From contig NC_057710.1 of assembly GCF_004010195.1 (NCBI RefSeq), forward strand, positions 148,177,548 through 148,241,547: DNA of 64,000 nucleotides, written 5' to 3'. Both the position numbers and the translations under genes were made by a program. Each line of letters begins with the position of its first letter. Within the stretch, counting starts at the first letter, position 1. The notes beneath the pieces are model-generated. The model was not told where the DNA came from and searched no databases. It was given only the letters and a program-made list of their open reading frames with translations. The DNA is from Chiloscyllium plagiosum (Eukaryota). Below are positions 36,520-49,772 of this stretch, one piece after another.

Positions 36520-39500
36520 ATTTTTTTTTATTCATTATGGAATGTGAGTGTTGTTATCCTGATTACACTGGAGAGAGTGATGGTGAACTGCCTTCATCCT
36601 TGGGGATTTAGGGCACCCATAGTGCTATAGTAAGAAAATTCCAGAATTTTCACCCATTTACAGTGACATGATGCCAAGTCAGGATTGTGTGGCAATTTGG
36701 AATGGACGGTGCACGCTGTAGTGATCCTGTGCATTTGCTGCCCATGATCACCTAGGTGGTAGAGGTTGCAGATTTTGTGAGGTGTTATTGGAGGAGCTGT
36801 GATGAATTATTACAGTGCATCTTGTAGATGAAACACAATGCTGTCATCGTACATCAGTGGTGACAGGAGTGCATGTAGATGGAGTCGAATGGAGTGCCAC
36901 TCAAGTGAACTGGTTTGTCCTGAATGGTGTCAAGCTTCTCGACTGTTATTGGAGCTGAATTTATCCAGGCAAATGGACAGTACTTCACCATACTCCTTGT
37001 AATTATGGACAGGCATTGGAAGATAGGAGGTGAATTACTTGCTGTGAAATTCCTAGCCTGTGAACTGCTCTTCGAGCCTTGTTATTTCTATGGCTGGACT
37101 AGTTCAGTTTCAGGTCATTGGTCAACTCCATGATGTTCATAATGAGGGGACTCAGTGATGCTAATCCAATGGGAGATGTTTAGGTTTATTGTTGTTGGAG
37201 ATAGTTCCCTGGTACTTAGGCGGCTTGATGTTACTGACCACTTATCAGCCCAGGCCTGTATGTTGTCCAGATTTTGTTGCATATTAAGATGGACTATTTC
37301 AGCATCTGGGGTGTCACACTGGTGCTGAATGTGGCATAGTCGTTAGCAAACATCCCCAATTCTGATGTGTGTTGGAGGGAAGGTCTTTGGTGAAATAGCT
37401 GAAACAGATGGGCGTTTACCACCCCCCTGAGGAACTTCTGAAGTGATGTGCTGGAAATGAAATGATTGACCCATCAACAACCATAATCACCTTCCTCTGC
37501 TAGGTTTGTCTCCAACCAATGTGTTTGAATTTTATACCCAATTTTAAGAGGGAAAAGAGTAGGTCAAAGATGATATTTATTTTAAAAGTTAGAAAAAGGC
37601 AACTATATGGACATGAAAACTGAGTCTGGCTTAAGTCAACTGGGATATTACAAGATAGATCAGTAGAGAAGGAGTAGCAGATAATTAAAGGGATGTTTCA
37701 GAATACTCAGAATAAACCCATTCCTATTATAAAGAAAAATTCTCAGAGGAAGACCATGGTTAACTAAATAAGTTAGAGAGTATCAAACTTAAGGAAAAAG
37801 CATATAATTGTACAAAGGTGAGCAGCAGGTCATATGACTGGTCAGAATACAGAAGAAGGCAGGGAATGACTTGAAGATTAAGCAGAACAAATAAATGAGA
37901 GCATGAGAGGAAGCTAGCTAGAAATATAGAAACAGCACAAATTTCTCTAGGTATCTAAAAAGTGAAAGGTAGTAAAGTAAATGCTGGTCCTCTACAGGAT
38001 GAAGAATGTGGAGTTAATAGTAAATAATAAAGACATGGTGGATGTAACGAATAAATATTTTACTTTGGTTTTCATGAAGGAAGATACAGAAACTATCCCA
38101 GTAATAACTGTAAATCTAGACATTGAAGGAAGAGAGGAACTTGGTGAAGTTATAATCATGAGGGAAGCAATACTGAATAAACTGAAGGAGCTGTGGGTTG
38201 ACAAGTCTCTAGATCCTGATGAATTTCATCTTAGAGTCTTAAAATAGGTGGCTGATGAGGTATTGATGTATTAGTGTTAATATTCCAATGTTTATTAGAT
38301 TCTAGAAAGATTTTGGAAAGATAGCAAGTATACCCCTCTATTCAAGAAGGGAGGGAAGTAGAAAACAGGAAACTATGGGCCAGTTAGTCAGTTGTGGAGA
38401 CGGTATTAGAATCAATTATTAAGGAAGTAATAACTGGGTTCTTGGACAAACCCCAAGGTAATCAGGAACAGTCAGCATGATGTTGTGAAAAGAAAATGAC
38501 AAATTTATCGGAATTCTTTGAATAAGTAACATGGTCTGTGGGTAAAGGGGAGCTCGTTGATGCATGGTGCAGTCTTCCAGAAGACATTTGACAAGGATTC
38601 ACAAAAGATTAATGCACAGTGTAAGAGGTCACAGTATAAAAGGTAATATATTAGCCCAATAGAAGATTGGTTGACTGACAGAAACAGTATATATAACTAT
38701 AAAAGATTAGTTTTCAAATTGACAAGATGTGACAAATAGGGCTCTGTGCTGGGTGTTCAACATTTTATAATTTATATCAATGGCTTAGACGAGGGAATGA
38801 AGACATGATGGCTAAAATTGCAGATGATAGGAAAGTGTGTTGTGAAGATGACATAAGAAGGATCCAGACAGATGTAATAGGTTAGCTGAGTGGGCAAAAA
38901 TCTGGCTTGGGGAGTATAATACAAATAAATGCGAAGTTCTTCAAAATAAACAAAAGGTTGAAGTATTGTTTAAACTGAGAATAACTCCGGAATTTCAAAA
39001 TGTCGAGGGATCCAGGTGTTGCATGAGTCACGGAAGGTTAGCATTTGGTAAAGCTCATAATCAGGAAGGATAATGGGATGCTTGTCTTTACTATAAGAGG
39101 GTTTGAACATAAAAGTAGCAATGCAATGCTTCAGTTATCCAGACATTGATAAGACCACATCTCAATGTAGTATGCAGTTTTGTTCTCTTCATTTAAGGGA
39201 GAATGTAAAAGTGTTGGAAATGATTAAGAGGAGTTTGCTCGATTGATACCCTTAATGAGCAGATTGTCTTATGACAAAATATTGGAGAGGATGGACTTAT
39301 TTTCACTACAGTTCAGGAGGGTAGGGGGTGATTTGATTAGAATTTAAAAGATCCTGAATAGTCTTGACAAAGTAGATGTGGAAAGGATATTTCCTTTTGT
39401 GAATGAGTCCAGAATTAGGGTATACTCTTAAAATTAGCAGTTGCCCTTTTGGGAAAGATAAGGAGAAGTCTGTTTCTTCATAGAATTGTGCAACATTGAA

Positions 39501-40890
39501 ACTGTAGATCGTGGAGATGGAATTGTTGAATATTTTTAAGGTGGAGGTAGTTAGATTCTTGTTGAGCAAGAGAATTCAAGGTTAATGGTAGAATGGAATT
39601 TGGAACACAATCTAATTCATGAAGGACTGAATGGTCAACTCTACTCCTAATTTGGGTGTTATTCCTTTGCAAGCGGAAAGGACAATGCTATCAACAGCCC
39701 CTTCTACCACTTTGCCGATGATTAAAAGTAACTTGATAAACAGGAAATTGGCTGGATTGGATTTGTCCTGCTTTTTGTTCACAAGACATGCCTGGGCAAT
39801 TTTCCACATTGTTGGTTAGATGCCAGTGTTGTAGCTGGAGCAGCTTGGATCATGTGGTTCTGGAGTGCATGTTTTCTGTACTAATGTAGAATGTTGTCAG
39901 AGCCCATCACTTTTGCAGTATCAAGTACCTTGAGCCATTCTCACTGTCATATGGAATGAATCAAATTGGTTGAAGACTGGCACCTGTGTTACAACGGACC
40001 TCAGGAAGAGGCCAAGGTGAATCATCCACTCAGCACTACTGGCCAAAGATTTTTTAGAACGCTTCAAGCTTTTGAACTGATGTGCTGGGCCCCCCTTATT
40101 TAAGAAAATGGAGATATTTTGGAACCTCTTCCTAAAGAGAGTTCTTCAATTGACCACCACCATTCACGACCGGATGAGGCAGGACTGCAAATTTAGAACT
40201 GATCTGGTGATTGTGGGATCACTTTTTGCTGTCTGTTCCATGCTGCTTCCATTTTGAGATATGCAAGTAGTCCTGTGTTGTAGTTTCAGGAAGACACCTC
40301 ATTTTTAAATACGCCTGCTCTGTTAATGCTGCTCCAGGCATGCTGTCTTATCCTCTCATTGAATCTCCTGGCTTGTCAGGTATGGTGGATATGTTCCACA
40401 ATGAGGTGACAGTTTGTGGTTGAATATAATTCTGCTGTTGCTGTGGGCCACAACACCTTATAGATGCCTAGATTTCCGGTTCTAGACCTGTTTGAAGTCT
40501 GTCCTATTTTTAGCATAGTGTTAGTGCCACACAGCAGAATGACAAGTATCCTCAGTGTGAAGACAGGACTTTCTTTCCACAAGGATTGTGCAGTGATTCC
40601 GACTGAAATGGTCGTGGACAGATGCATCTACAACAGATAGATAGATGATGTGATCAAATAAATGATCAAGCAGCCAAGTCCATTAAGACTTTGCCAGTTT
40701 TGTCAGTAGTGATGCTTCTGAGCCACACGTTGTGACGGTTATTAAAGTCCAGCATTCGGAGTACGTTCTGCGTGCTTGCCACCCTCAGTGTTTCCTCCAA
40801 GTAGTGTTCAACAGGAAACAGAACAGACACATTAGCTGAGGAGGCGACAGTAGATACTGATCAGCAGGAGGTTTGCTTTTACAAGATCAT
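36520..40890 (-). mobile_element. Second LINE family (36520-37520 and 39645-40890) interrupted by an old CR1 (+, about 37540-39650)
   Basis: 3' end ttattcatt(c)atggaatgtg and IIGKVVEGAVDS on the minus strand. The inner CR1 encodes VDKSLDPDEFHLRVLK. Confidence 0.75.
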
Positions 40891-40907
40891 GTGAGATTTC
40901 ATAAAGT

Positions 40908-41563
40908 TAAAAATCACACAACGCCAGGTTACAGTCCAACAGGTTTAGTTGGAAGCACTAACCTTCAGAGCGACGCTCCTTCATCAGGTGGTTGTGGAGC
41001 ATACAATTGTAAGACACAGAATTTATTGCAAAAGTTTACAGTGTGATGTAATTGAAATTATACATTGAACAATACCTTGATTGTTTGTTGAGTCTGTTAG
41101 AATACCATGATAGTTTCACTTCTTTCATATGTAAATCAAAAAACTTTTTTAAAAAGTTACATTCTCAGGTTAACTGTAACAATTGGTGTCAGCGCAGACA
41201 AGATGTTGAAGGTGTTAGCCCCCTGTGTTCTCTGTCTGTGCCATTATGTTTAGACTGATTCTAATCTAAAAAGTGAGTTAACAGAGTCATATATAGATCC
41301 ATGCATTTTTTGAGCAAAGTACAATGTAACTCTGCAAACGTATATGTATATGTGTGCATGTGGTTTTGTGCGTGTGTCTGTCTGTCTGTCCGGGTGGGGG
41401 GTTGTGAGTGTGAGAGAGAGTGTATATCATGTTATTCTAACAGATGAAAGGCTCAACAAACAATCAGGGCATTTTTCAATGTATAATTTCAGTTACATCA
41501 CACTGTAAACTTTTGCTATAAATTCTGTGTCTTACAATTGTGTCCTTCACAACCACCTGATGA
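40908..41563. mobile_element. PLE-terminus family B with inverted repeat, hammerhead-like core and (TG)/(GA)-rich tract
   Basis: 89-bp inverted arms at 40981-41069 / 41475-41563. Minus strand reads cacCUGAUGAa-ggagc-guc-gcucu-GAAG-guuagug. The right arm ends at cctgatga, where the gap begins. Confidence 0.75.
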
Positions 41564-42063
41564 NNNNNNNNNNNNNNNNNNNNNNNNNNNNNNNNNNNNN
41601 NNNNNNNNNNNNNNNNNNNNNNNNNNNNNNNNNNNNNNNNNNNNNNNNNNNNNNNNNNNNNNNNNNNNNNNNNNNNNNNNNNNNNNNNNNNNNNNNNNNN
41701 NNNNNNNNNNNNNNNNNNNNNNNNNNNNNNNNNNNNNNNNNNNNNNNNNNNNNNNNNNNNNNNNNNNNNNNNNNNNNNNNNNNNNNNNNNNNNNNNNNNN
41801 NNNNNNNNNNNNNNNNNNNNNNNNNNNNNNNNNNNNNNNNNNNNNNNNNNNNNNNNNNNNNNNNNNNNNNNNNNNNNNNNNNNNNNNNNNNNNNNNNNNN
41901 NNNNNNNNNNNNNNNNNNNNNNNNNNNNNNNNNNNNNNNNNNNNNNNNNNNNNNNNNNNNNNNNNNNNNNNNNNNNNNNNNNNNNNNNNNNNNNNNNNNN
42001 NNNNNNNNNNNNNNNNNNNNNNNNNNNNNNNNNNNNNNNNNNNNNNNNNNNNNNNNNNNNNNN
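41564..42063. other. Assembly gap (500 N)
   Basis: Run of N. Confidence 1.
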
Positions 42064-43640
42064 GAATATGACATAAAATCAAGGGAAACAGATATATGTT
42101 GTCGATATGCTGTGGCGAATAACATTCCCTTTGAAAAATTAATAGCTAAGACAGAATGTGAAATCTTGCAGATGCAAAGAAAAGCAAAAGCTCACCATGC
42201 TCTGGAACTTATCAACTCTGCATCTTCCTCAAATCAAGTAAACAGTGCAATATAATGCAACTGTCCAAATGCTGCAGAAACTAATAATGAAAAGATGGCC
42301 TGAAATTATCAACGACACACTTGTTGCGATAAGAGAGTATTGGCATCGAGAAACAAAACGATAGCCCAAGATGGCATCTCGTACAAAAGAAATAGTCATT
42401 ATCCCTGAGGACAGGTAATGAAAAAAGAGATGTCAAAACATGTACATGTAAGTCGTCAGTGAATTGATTCTAAACTGAGGAAGAGAGAAAAAAAAAGTGT
42501 TCATCTGGACAAACGTGAGCAATGAGATTCAAGACCACACCAGCAAATGTCATACTTGTCAAGCTACAGAGCTGCTTATAATACATCACATCTGAAATAG
42601 ACCATGGATCATTGAAATATATCTCTTCACGTTTGCAGCAACTGGTTATCTTGTCACCATCAACTATTCAGATGACTGGGTCTTAGTTCAGCTGACATTA
42701 CTGACTGACTGACTACCAATAAGTCTGTAGAATGCCTGAAGACATACTTGGTCATTAACTGTATTCCACATGTTGTGGTGAGTGACAATGGCCATCCATT
42801 GTGAAGAATTCAGCCACTTCACAAAGGATTGGGAAATTCACTGCCAGGCATCATCTCCACACTATCCCCAGTCAGAAGGAAAGGTTGAGGCAGCTGTGAA
42901 GATCGGGAAAGGCAGCATAAAGAAACAGAGAAAATCCAGCAGAGACTTTTATTGAGTGGAAAAACACTACTGAAGGCATGGAAAAATATCCAGTCCAAAG
43001 ATTAATGCCACACAGCATCTTTCACTAGCCACCAAACTACAAAAGCCAGAAGTTATACTGGGCACGAGTGACAAAGTCAAGATGAAATTTTAGAAAGTCA
43101 AATTTCACTTCAAAGAACTGCCATGTCATTACCAGATGGAGGTGGGGACTGCAGATGCTGGAGATTAGAGTCAAGATTAGAGTGATGCTGGAAAAGCACA
43201 GCAGGTCAGGCAGCTTCCGAGGAGCGGGAAAATCGATGTTTCGGGCAAAAGCCTTTCGTCAGGTGTCGTTCCTGATGAAGGGCTTTTGCCCAAAACTTTA
43301 ATTTTCTTGTTCCTCGGAAGCTGCCTGACCTGTTGTGCTTTTCCAGCACCACTCTAATGTCATTACCAGAGCTGAGCAGCGGAGTGGCAGTCAAAGTATG
43401 AACATACAGTGCTCTCAACAAAATTAACACAGTAGCAACATGGAATCGGTGTGGAACAATTATCAGCTTCATGATGCATGAGAACCTGAACAACCAGATA
43501 CATCATGACAGTGGGGATATCTACGTACAGAGATGCTATACCTTCATTACAGTCAGCAGATCAAAAAGAATTCTCATCACCTGCACAGAGTACAGATTAA
43601 CATCCAGTCATAGAGTTCAGCTGTTCCTGAGCAACAGGAA
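42064..43640 (+). mobile_element. Decayed Ty3/Gypsy LTR-retrotransposon pol (integrase) remnant
   Basis: Frameshifted motifs YLVTINYSDDW (about 42647), VVVSDNGHP (about 42772) and SSPHYPQSEGKVEAAVKI (about 42850) match the Gypsy integrase core. Confidence 0.75.
43137..43356. mobile_element. PLE-terminus family A inverted dimer inserted in the Gypsy remnant
   Basis: Two opposed hammerhead-like cores. 14-bp TSD ATGTCATTACCAGA (43123-43136 / 43357-43370). Confidence 0.88.
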
Positions 43641-43704
43641 AGATTAGTTACTATGACAACAATGTTCAGCATAGGAGCAAAATTCAGGAAGGAAGAAGGA
43701 ATCT

Positions 43705-43915
43705 CAGAATCACAGAAGTATTAGCGAGCAGAAAAAGGCCATTTGGCCCATCATACCTTCACCAGCTTGTTAAATGAACATCATTTACTTTTCCCTTTTT
43801 GCTCATACTCTTGTAAGTTATTTTTAATCAAATAATCATCCAATGCCCTCTTCAATGCCTCAATCTAACCTACCTCCACCACACTTTCAGGCAGTGCATT
43901 CCATATCTACTCAGT
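43705..43915 (-). mobile_element. CR1 3' UTR fragment
   Basis: agaatcacaga...aggccatttggcccatc...ggcagtgcattcca. Confidence 0.65.
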
Positions 43916-44940
43916 GAGAGCAGAAGCAACACCCTAGGAATGAGTAGATACCAGGCGAAGAGACAGAGAAAATGTAGGTGTGTATCTTTGGGACACTTTT
44001 ATGATTTAATGATTATCTGTATATAATGCAAGTGCAGAGATTGATAAAAGTGGAACAAACCTGAATTAACATGCTGTTTTGTTAATGTTTGATCATTTTC
44101 TTTGTGACCATGCATATTGGGTAACTTTTAAATGCAATTTATAAGGCATACATTTTTAATCTTCTTTATGAACAGTGAGTGGAGAAATGCAGTTGTAACT
44201 TTAGTATACTGACTGGCTTATGTGGTCATGAGACCTCTACCTCTGCTGTACCTGCACCTTTTGTGTGTAGCATGCGGCAGCCATTAAATACACATCACTT
44301 GTAACATAATCTGGGACCTATGACCTACACTGGATCTTCATGTATTATTGTGGTACGAACAGATAGAGTAAACATGAATACTGACCATTAGTAAGAGGCA
44401 ATGAGCAGTCTAAGTGGCATCCCTTAAAGCGACAACAATGGATTATCTCAAAACCAAATATCTTTTCTTAAAGATTGCTGTAGGGTTGAATGCTCCTTCC
44501 CATCCTATCTGCCTGTCTCTCATTACAGATAAAATTTTGTTGATACAAGCTTCCATTTACACATGGTGAGAAATGTAAGCACCTAAAGCATGAATTTTAA
44601 AGTTTCTCAATGGGTCAGCAAGAATTTATGATGAGGTACATTTTCTTTTCTCTAGGTGGATGTGAGAACAACTTTAAAAATTTAGATTTGTGAAGCTGTA
44701 CTCAAATTATTAGCATGTTGGAGCTCAGTGTAATTGTAAGTGGATGGAAACTATTTTTGTTGATGTTTTCAATTAAGTTTTAAGACTCTCAGCAATTTTT
44801 TTTTACTCTATATTAATGCGTGCACTTAAACAATTAAAGTAAGCTGCAGCTGGCTATCGACATAGACAACAACACATTGCATATCCTGTATGGAGGTGAA
44901 GTTAGATACCATCATGTCACCGTTACATGTGGAATTAAAC

Positions 44941-45228
44941 AGAATCATAGAATCCCTACAGTCTGGAAGGAGCCAAACGAGTCCACACTGACCCTCCAAA
45001 GAGCATCCCACCCAGATCCAGTCCCCTACCCTATCCTTGTAACCCTATCTTTCCCATGGCTAATCCACCTAACCTACGCATCCCTGGACACTATGGGCAA
45101 TTTAGCATGGCCAATTCACCTAACCCGTACACCTTTGGACTGTGGGAGGAAACTGGAGCACCCAGAGAAAACCCACGCAGACACGGGGAGAATGTGCAAA
45201 TTCCACACAGGCAGTCGGCCAAGGGTGG
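44941..45228 (-). mobile_element. HE1-type V-SINE
   Basis: V-core and tail. Head truncated. Confidence 0.88.
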
Positions 45229-48200
45229 AACAAGTCAATAACATTTATGCCACCATGAGACTTAATATATAGTGCCCGGCCACCAGTACCATCGAAGTAT
45301 TTTCAAAAGGTCTTTTTTCTTTTCCTTACGGTTGACCCAAGTTTTTTTCATTTGGGATGGGAGGGAGCCTGCTCAGCAGTGGAGTCTGTTGGCCTCGAAG
45401 GTTTGGTCAGGTGACCCTGGGGTCATTTAGATCACATTTTGCGAGTCTTCTTACCAGAGGCTGGTGGATCCTTCTTGGCCAGAACTTCTAGGGTGTCAGA
45501 AGGCCCCAGCTATATATGGTGTATCCTGAGGAGTGACTTTTGACAGGCTTGTTGGTTCTTCCTCTAGCTGGGTGTCTCCCACCTCCTCCTGTCTTGTGAG
45601 GAAGGGGCATCTGGACTGTGCACCATATTCTTTGTTCTTGCCGTGTCTTCAGTCATGAGGACCATTGGCTGGGGATCATGGAGTTCAGGTGTGTGCACAT
45701 ATCTGGCAGACTCTGAGGACACTGTGCCCGGCACTTCATTGCTGCTATCAACCTGTCTGTGGAAACACCCAGACAATCACATGTTTGAGACAGCTCAGTC
45801 CGCATAGCTTAGCTACATGCCTGCAAACTCTGGGCTATGAGGGCCATTCCCTCCCACGTTCCTGACTGCTGCTCCTGTTCATCCCTGTACCTTTGGACAA
45901 AGTGCCTGATTATGATAAACACAAGGTCCTAGGACTGAGCATGTGTTTGATGTCCATTGGTCCTCCAAGTGCCAACAACATCAGACATTTCTTCCTTGCC
46001 AACTGTGCAGCTGTTGCACTGAAGTGTTTACCAGCTGAAGATCCCAAACTTTGTAAGCATGATGTTCCCACCAAGGTGATAATATCTCAGCTGGCCCTTA
46101 TTCTGGGCTGTTGCTCCTGGAATGAGAGAAAGGGAGGAATTGAATGAAATGAACGGGAGCGGTGCAGCTGTTTCTGCCGGTACAGGTGTACGAAAGGTGG
46201 ATGGATGCCCCGGGTGAGTGAGTAGGCAGCACAGATGCTATGTGGGAGGTTGGGAGGGAATGAGTGCAAGTGAGGAAAGATGTTGCATGCAGTAGTGAAG
46301 GAGTCTTGCTGGGAGTGGGTGAAGATACGGCGAGAGATCTCACTAGGCCTCGCAGAGGGAAATTTGATGATGCTGACACTTGCCAAATATGTAAGGTTCT
46401 GCCTTTAGTGCCTTTTATTGTGTGGTACTGTGTGCCACAATGAGTTTGGCTTAAAGACAGACTAGTCGTGGAGAAGGCAAAGTTCAGAGCAGTCTTCATG
46501 CAAACTAACGCTATTTCTTAAACATTAATCCTAAATAATGCAAGGCATGGGAATTATAGATATGAGGAGGATGTTGAGGAGAATTTCTTTCTAATCATTC
46601 TGCAGTCTGTGGAGCATTTGATCTGATTTCCTTCCCATACAGTAGAGAAGTGTGCTGATCTGTTTATTTGATTTGATTTGATGTTCAGCTATTTAAAACT
46701 GAATTCTGCTTTCCATGTGTGCCATTTCACTCAAATTGATCACATTATCAAATCGATCTGAAAGCTTAAAGTTTTGGAAGGATTGGTGAATTTTGTTGCA
46801 GGGGTTGATGTTGATGGACTCTTGAAGTTGATTCTTTTCTTGATTTGGAGGAATATTATTAGAGTTTTGACCTTCCCTTCCCCACATTGGTTTTGTTATC
46901 ATGTGGTATTCTTAGCTGTTTAAAATTGCTGTTGAGTCTTTGTAGTTGTAAAGGCTGTTGTAGAATTAGAACTAGATTTATTCTCACGTGTATTTAATTT
47001 ACAAAAGAATAAAAATACAGTGATAAGTACACAATGTCGCCAGCACACAAAGTACTTAGGTATAAACCTTAAGTACAAAAAAGACTTACCTATGTATATC
47101 TGTAATGTAGTGTAAGTATAAATTGGGAAAAGAGGAAATGAAGCTAAAAAGATAGATATTACAGTCCTTCCACGTGGTCTAACTAGACTCCATCAATTCC
47201 CAACCAGTAGCTGTCTTCGGTCCAGACCACTGGATGCTCCTGGTCTGCTTTGGGATGTTGGCCACACCTGCTATGCTCCAGCTCACTGGCAGAAGAGGAA
47301 AAAGACAGAAGAGAACAAAAAACACAAGAGAGAAAAATAAAGGAATGGATGGAACAGACGAGTTCCATCTGGAGTGTCCTACACCACCACCATCTTGGAT
47401 TCAAAAGTTGTATTGCTGTTGTAGTACTAAAACATAAAGCTGTTAAGTTTCTGCAGTTTTCAAATAAAGGCCAGGTTTCTTTACTGTGACAGAGTCTTCA
47501 TAGAGATGAATGAGGATATTCCTTTTTCAAAACGACGAAACAATTTCTGAAAGATCTGTTGGTAGAACTTTTCAAAGTAGATTCACTCAATAAGATTCAA
47601 TGATCTTTGTTGACTGTGTCAAAGATGGCGGTCATTCTTTTTTAACTGTTTCAACGGTCTGGGGTTTTCCTGCAGGAAATTTCTGTTCAGGAATGTTTCT
47701 TTACAGCAGCTGTTCTGTGGCTTCTAGTTGAGAGCTGATCTTAAAGGTGTACTGAATAACACCTTGAGATGTTATTTTTCTCTTCTACGTACAATCATAT
47801 CTGTTTCTTGTCTTTACTACTGCTGTGATTTTCTAAGCTATGTATCCTTTCTTTGCTAGAATCTTTCATTATGTAGTTTAATTCCACACTGAGTTTGGGT
47901 TCAAGACAGAGTAGTTGAGGTTTGGACTTTGAAGTGATATTGTTTATTGTACAATAATACCAAATGCTGTTGCATATGGTAATCATAGATATACCAGACA
48001 TATATTTATACGAGGTATCTGTCTTCCTGATGTGTTTGTGTACTTCTGATTTATGAGCCTTCTAAATGTTCTAACTCCGCCAACACTGTAGTTTTTGTAC
48101 GCAGTAATGTGAAGCTCCATGGTATTGTTGCAAAGTTGCTCCAGGGTCCTGAAACCTTTAAATTACTTTAAAGGCTGACAGTGGCAGTGAGTTTTGAATC

Positions 48201-48319
48201 CAAAGCAGCACGCAGAGAGGCAGAGCATTAACAAAATGATTGCATGTTGCATGCACTGTCAGCCTAGTCTGCTGTGCATCATCAATGTCTGAACAGTTGG
48301 ACAATCCAGCAAATGGCAA

Positions 48320-49330
48320 GAGAAAACAAAGACCGACATTGCTGGAAAAAAATCAGCATGGTCTGGCAGCATCTGTGGGGAGAAATCAGAGTTAACGTTT
48401 CAGGTCCACTGACTCTTCAGAACTTTTTTTTCCTGAGTGCAGGTAAAAAGCAAAAGGGACAGGTCTGGGGTGGGAGGGGAGAGAGAGTCGGAGGTGGCTG
48501 AAGGAGTCTATGGGACGGGTGGAGGTCTCTTGTGCGGAGAAATGGGCACGGAGGTGAAGGCGTTGGAAGAAGGGTTCAAAGTCTTGTCATGCCCGAAATT
48601 CTTTAAGATGGGGATACTGAGGTGTAAAACCTTTGCTGAGTACAGAACGTTCAGTATCAGAGAGCAGGAGGCCTGAAGAGATAGTAAACGGGAGGTGGGA
48701 TTGGGAGAGGGGGTGGAATTAGAGGAAAGGGAAGGTTCCAGAGGGGTGTGAGTATCTCTGAGTTGTTACATCTTGTATTCTTTAATGCCTGAAAAGAAAA
48801 GAAAGAGTCTCTTGTTAGAACGTCGAATGTGCCAGGGCAGCTCTGTGTCAGTGTGAGGTGGTGGTGATGAAGAGAGAATGAAAATGTACATATGGCAACG
48901 CATGGCACTGCGTGTGGATCTCAGGATGCGGCAAGAACAGCTGTCTGGGGAACATCGAACGTCGTGGAGATACCCTGATCCTGGGTGGATTCAAAACACT
49001 CAGGATGAAACTTGAGTTGGAATCCACGTGGGGTGAGTTTAAGCTGTAGGAAGTCACTGGGGAATGTGAAATAACTGTGGGAATGGGTTTTGGATAGATA
49101 CCTTGTCAAACATTAGGAGTGGCAGCAAAATTAACAGTGGTGAACAAGAAAAATGATTGGAACAGAAATCCTGTCAGGGAAAGGAACAGAACTTCTTCAA
49201 AGTGGGCATACCTGGAAGAGATGTGGCAGTGAGCTAAACACAAAACTAAAGAACTGCGGATGCTGGAAATCAGGAACAGAAATTGCTGGAAAACCTCAGC
49301 AGGTCTGGCAGCATCAATGGAGAGAAGTCA
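48320..49330 (-). mobile_element. PLE family D termini (48320-48423, 49237-49330) around a probable Penelope ORF N-terminal remnant (48600-49110)
   Basis: Minus strand reads guuCUGAAGA-guc-agug-gac-cuGAAA-cguu-aac at 48391-48423. Minus peptides FLQLKLTPRGFQLKFHPECFE and CSCRILRSTRSAMR resemble, from memory, the C.....IP.GF N-terminal region of vertebrate PLE ORFs. Confidence 0.55.
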
Positions 49331-49698
49331 GGCGTATGAAAACATTGGGAGAACAAGGATTACAAATGACAGTTAAACAGATTCGGCTGCATTGTAATCA
49401 GGCACAGCATATTTCACTCCCTTCTACAGAACTTCCATTCTGTTTCAACAGCTTTACTGCAGCTGATGGTCCAGCCCACCAGATTACCACCAAGACAATG
49501 AAAACAAACACTCAGTGCCTTAACATAGCAAAATATGAGGGGTACCACAAAATGAGAGAGAACTGGCAGACCAGAGGGGTGAATAAAGAGCAACAGCAAA
49601 GCAGCACCGAGTGAGATTATAGCAAGACCAGCGAGGAGGAAAGCTGAAAATGTGTTGCTGGAAAAGTGCAGCAGGTCAGGCAGCATCCAAGGAACAGG

Positions 49699-49738
49699 AG
49701 AATCGACGTTTCGGGCATGAGCCCTTCTTCAGGAATTC
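49699..49738 (-). ncRNA. Minimal type-I hammerhead ribozyme motif (antisense)
   Basis: Minus strand reads cCUGAAGAa-GGGC-UCAU-GCCC-GAAA-CGUC^gauu. Confidence 0.7.
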
Positions 49739-49772
49739 CTGAAGAAGGGCTGATGCCCGAAACGTCGATTCT
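49733..49772 (+). ncRNA. Minimal type-I hammerhead ribozyme motif (sense to HHIP)
   Basis: CUGAAGA (49739-49745), extra A, stem II GGGC-UGAU-GCCC, GAAA (49759-49762), CGUC. Predicted cleavage after 49766. Confidence 0.7.

Noticed and set aside
41516-42255. Long ORFs spanning the second gap
   Set aside because: Composed of X residues from the N run.
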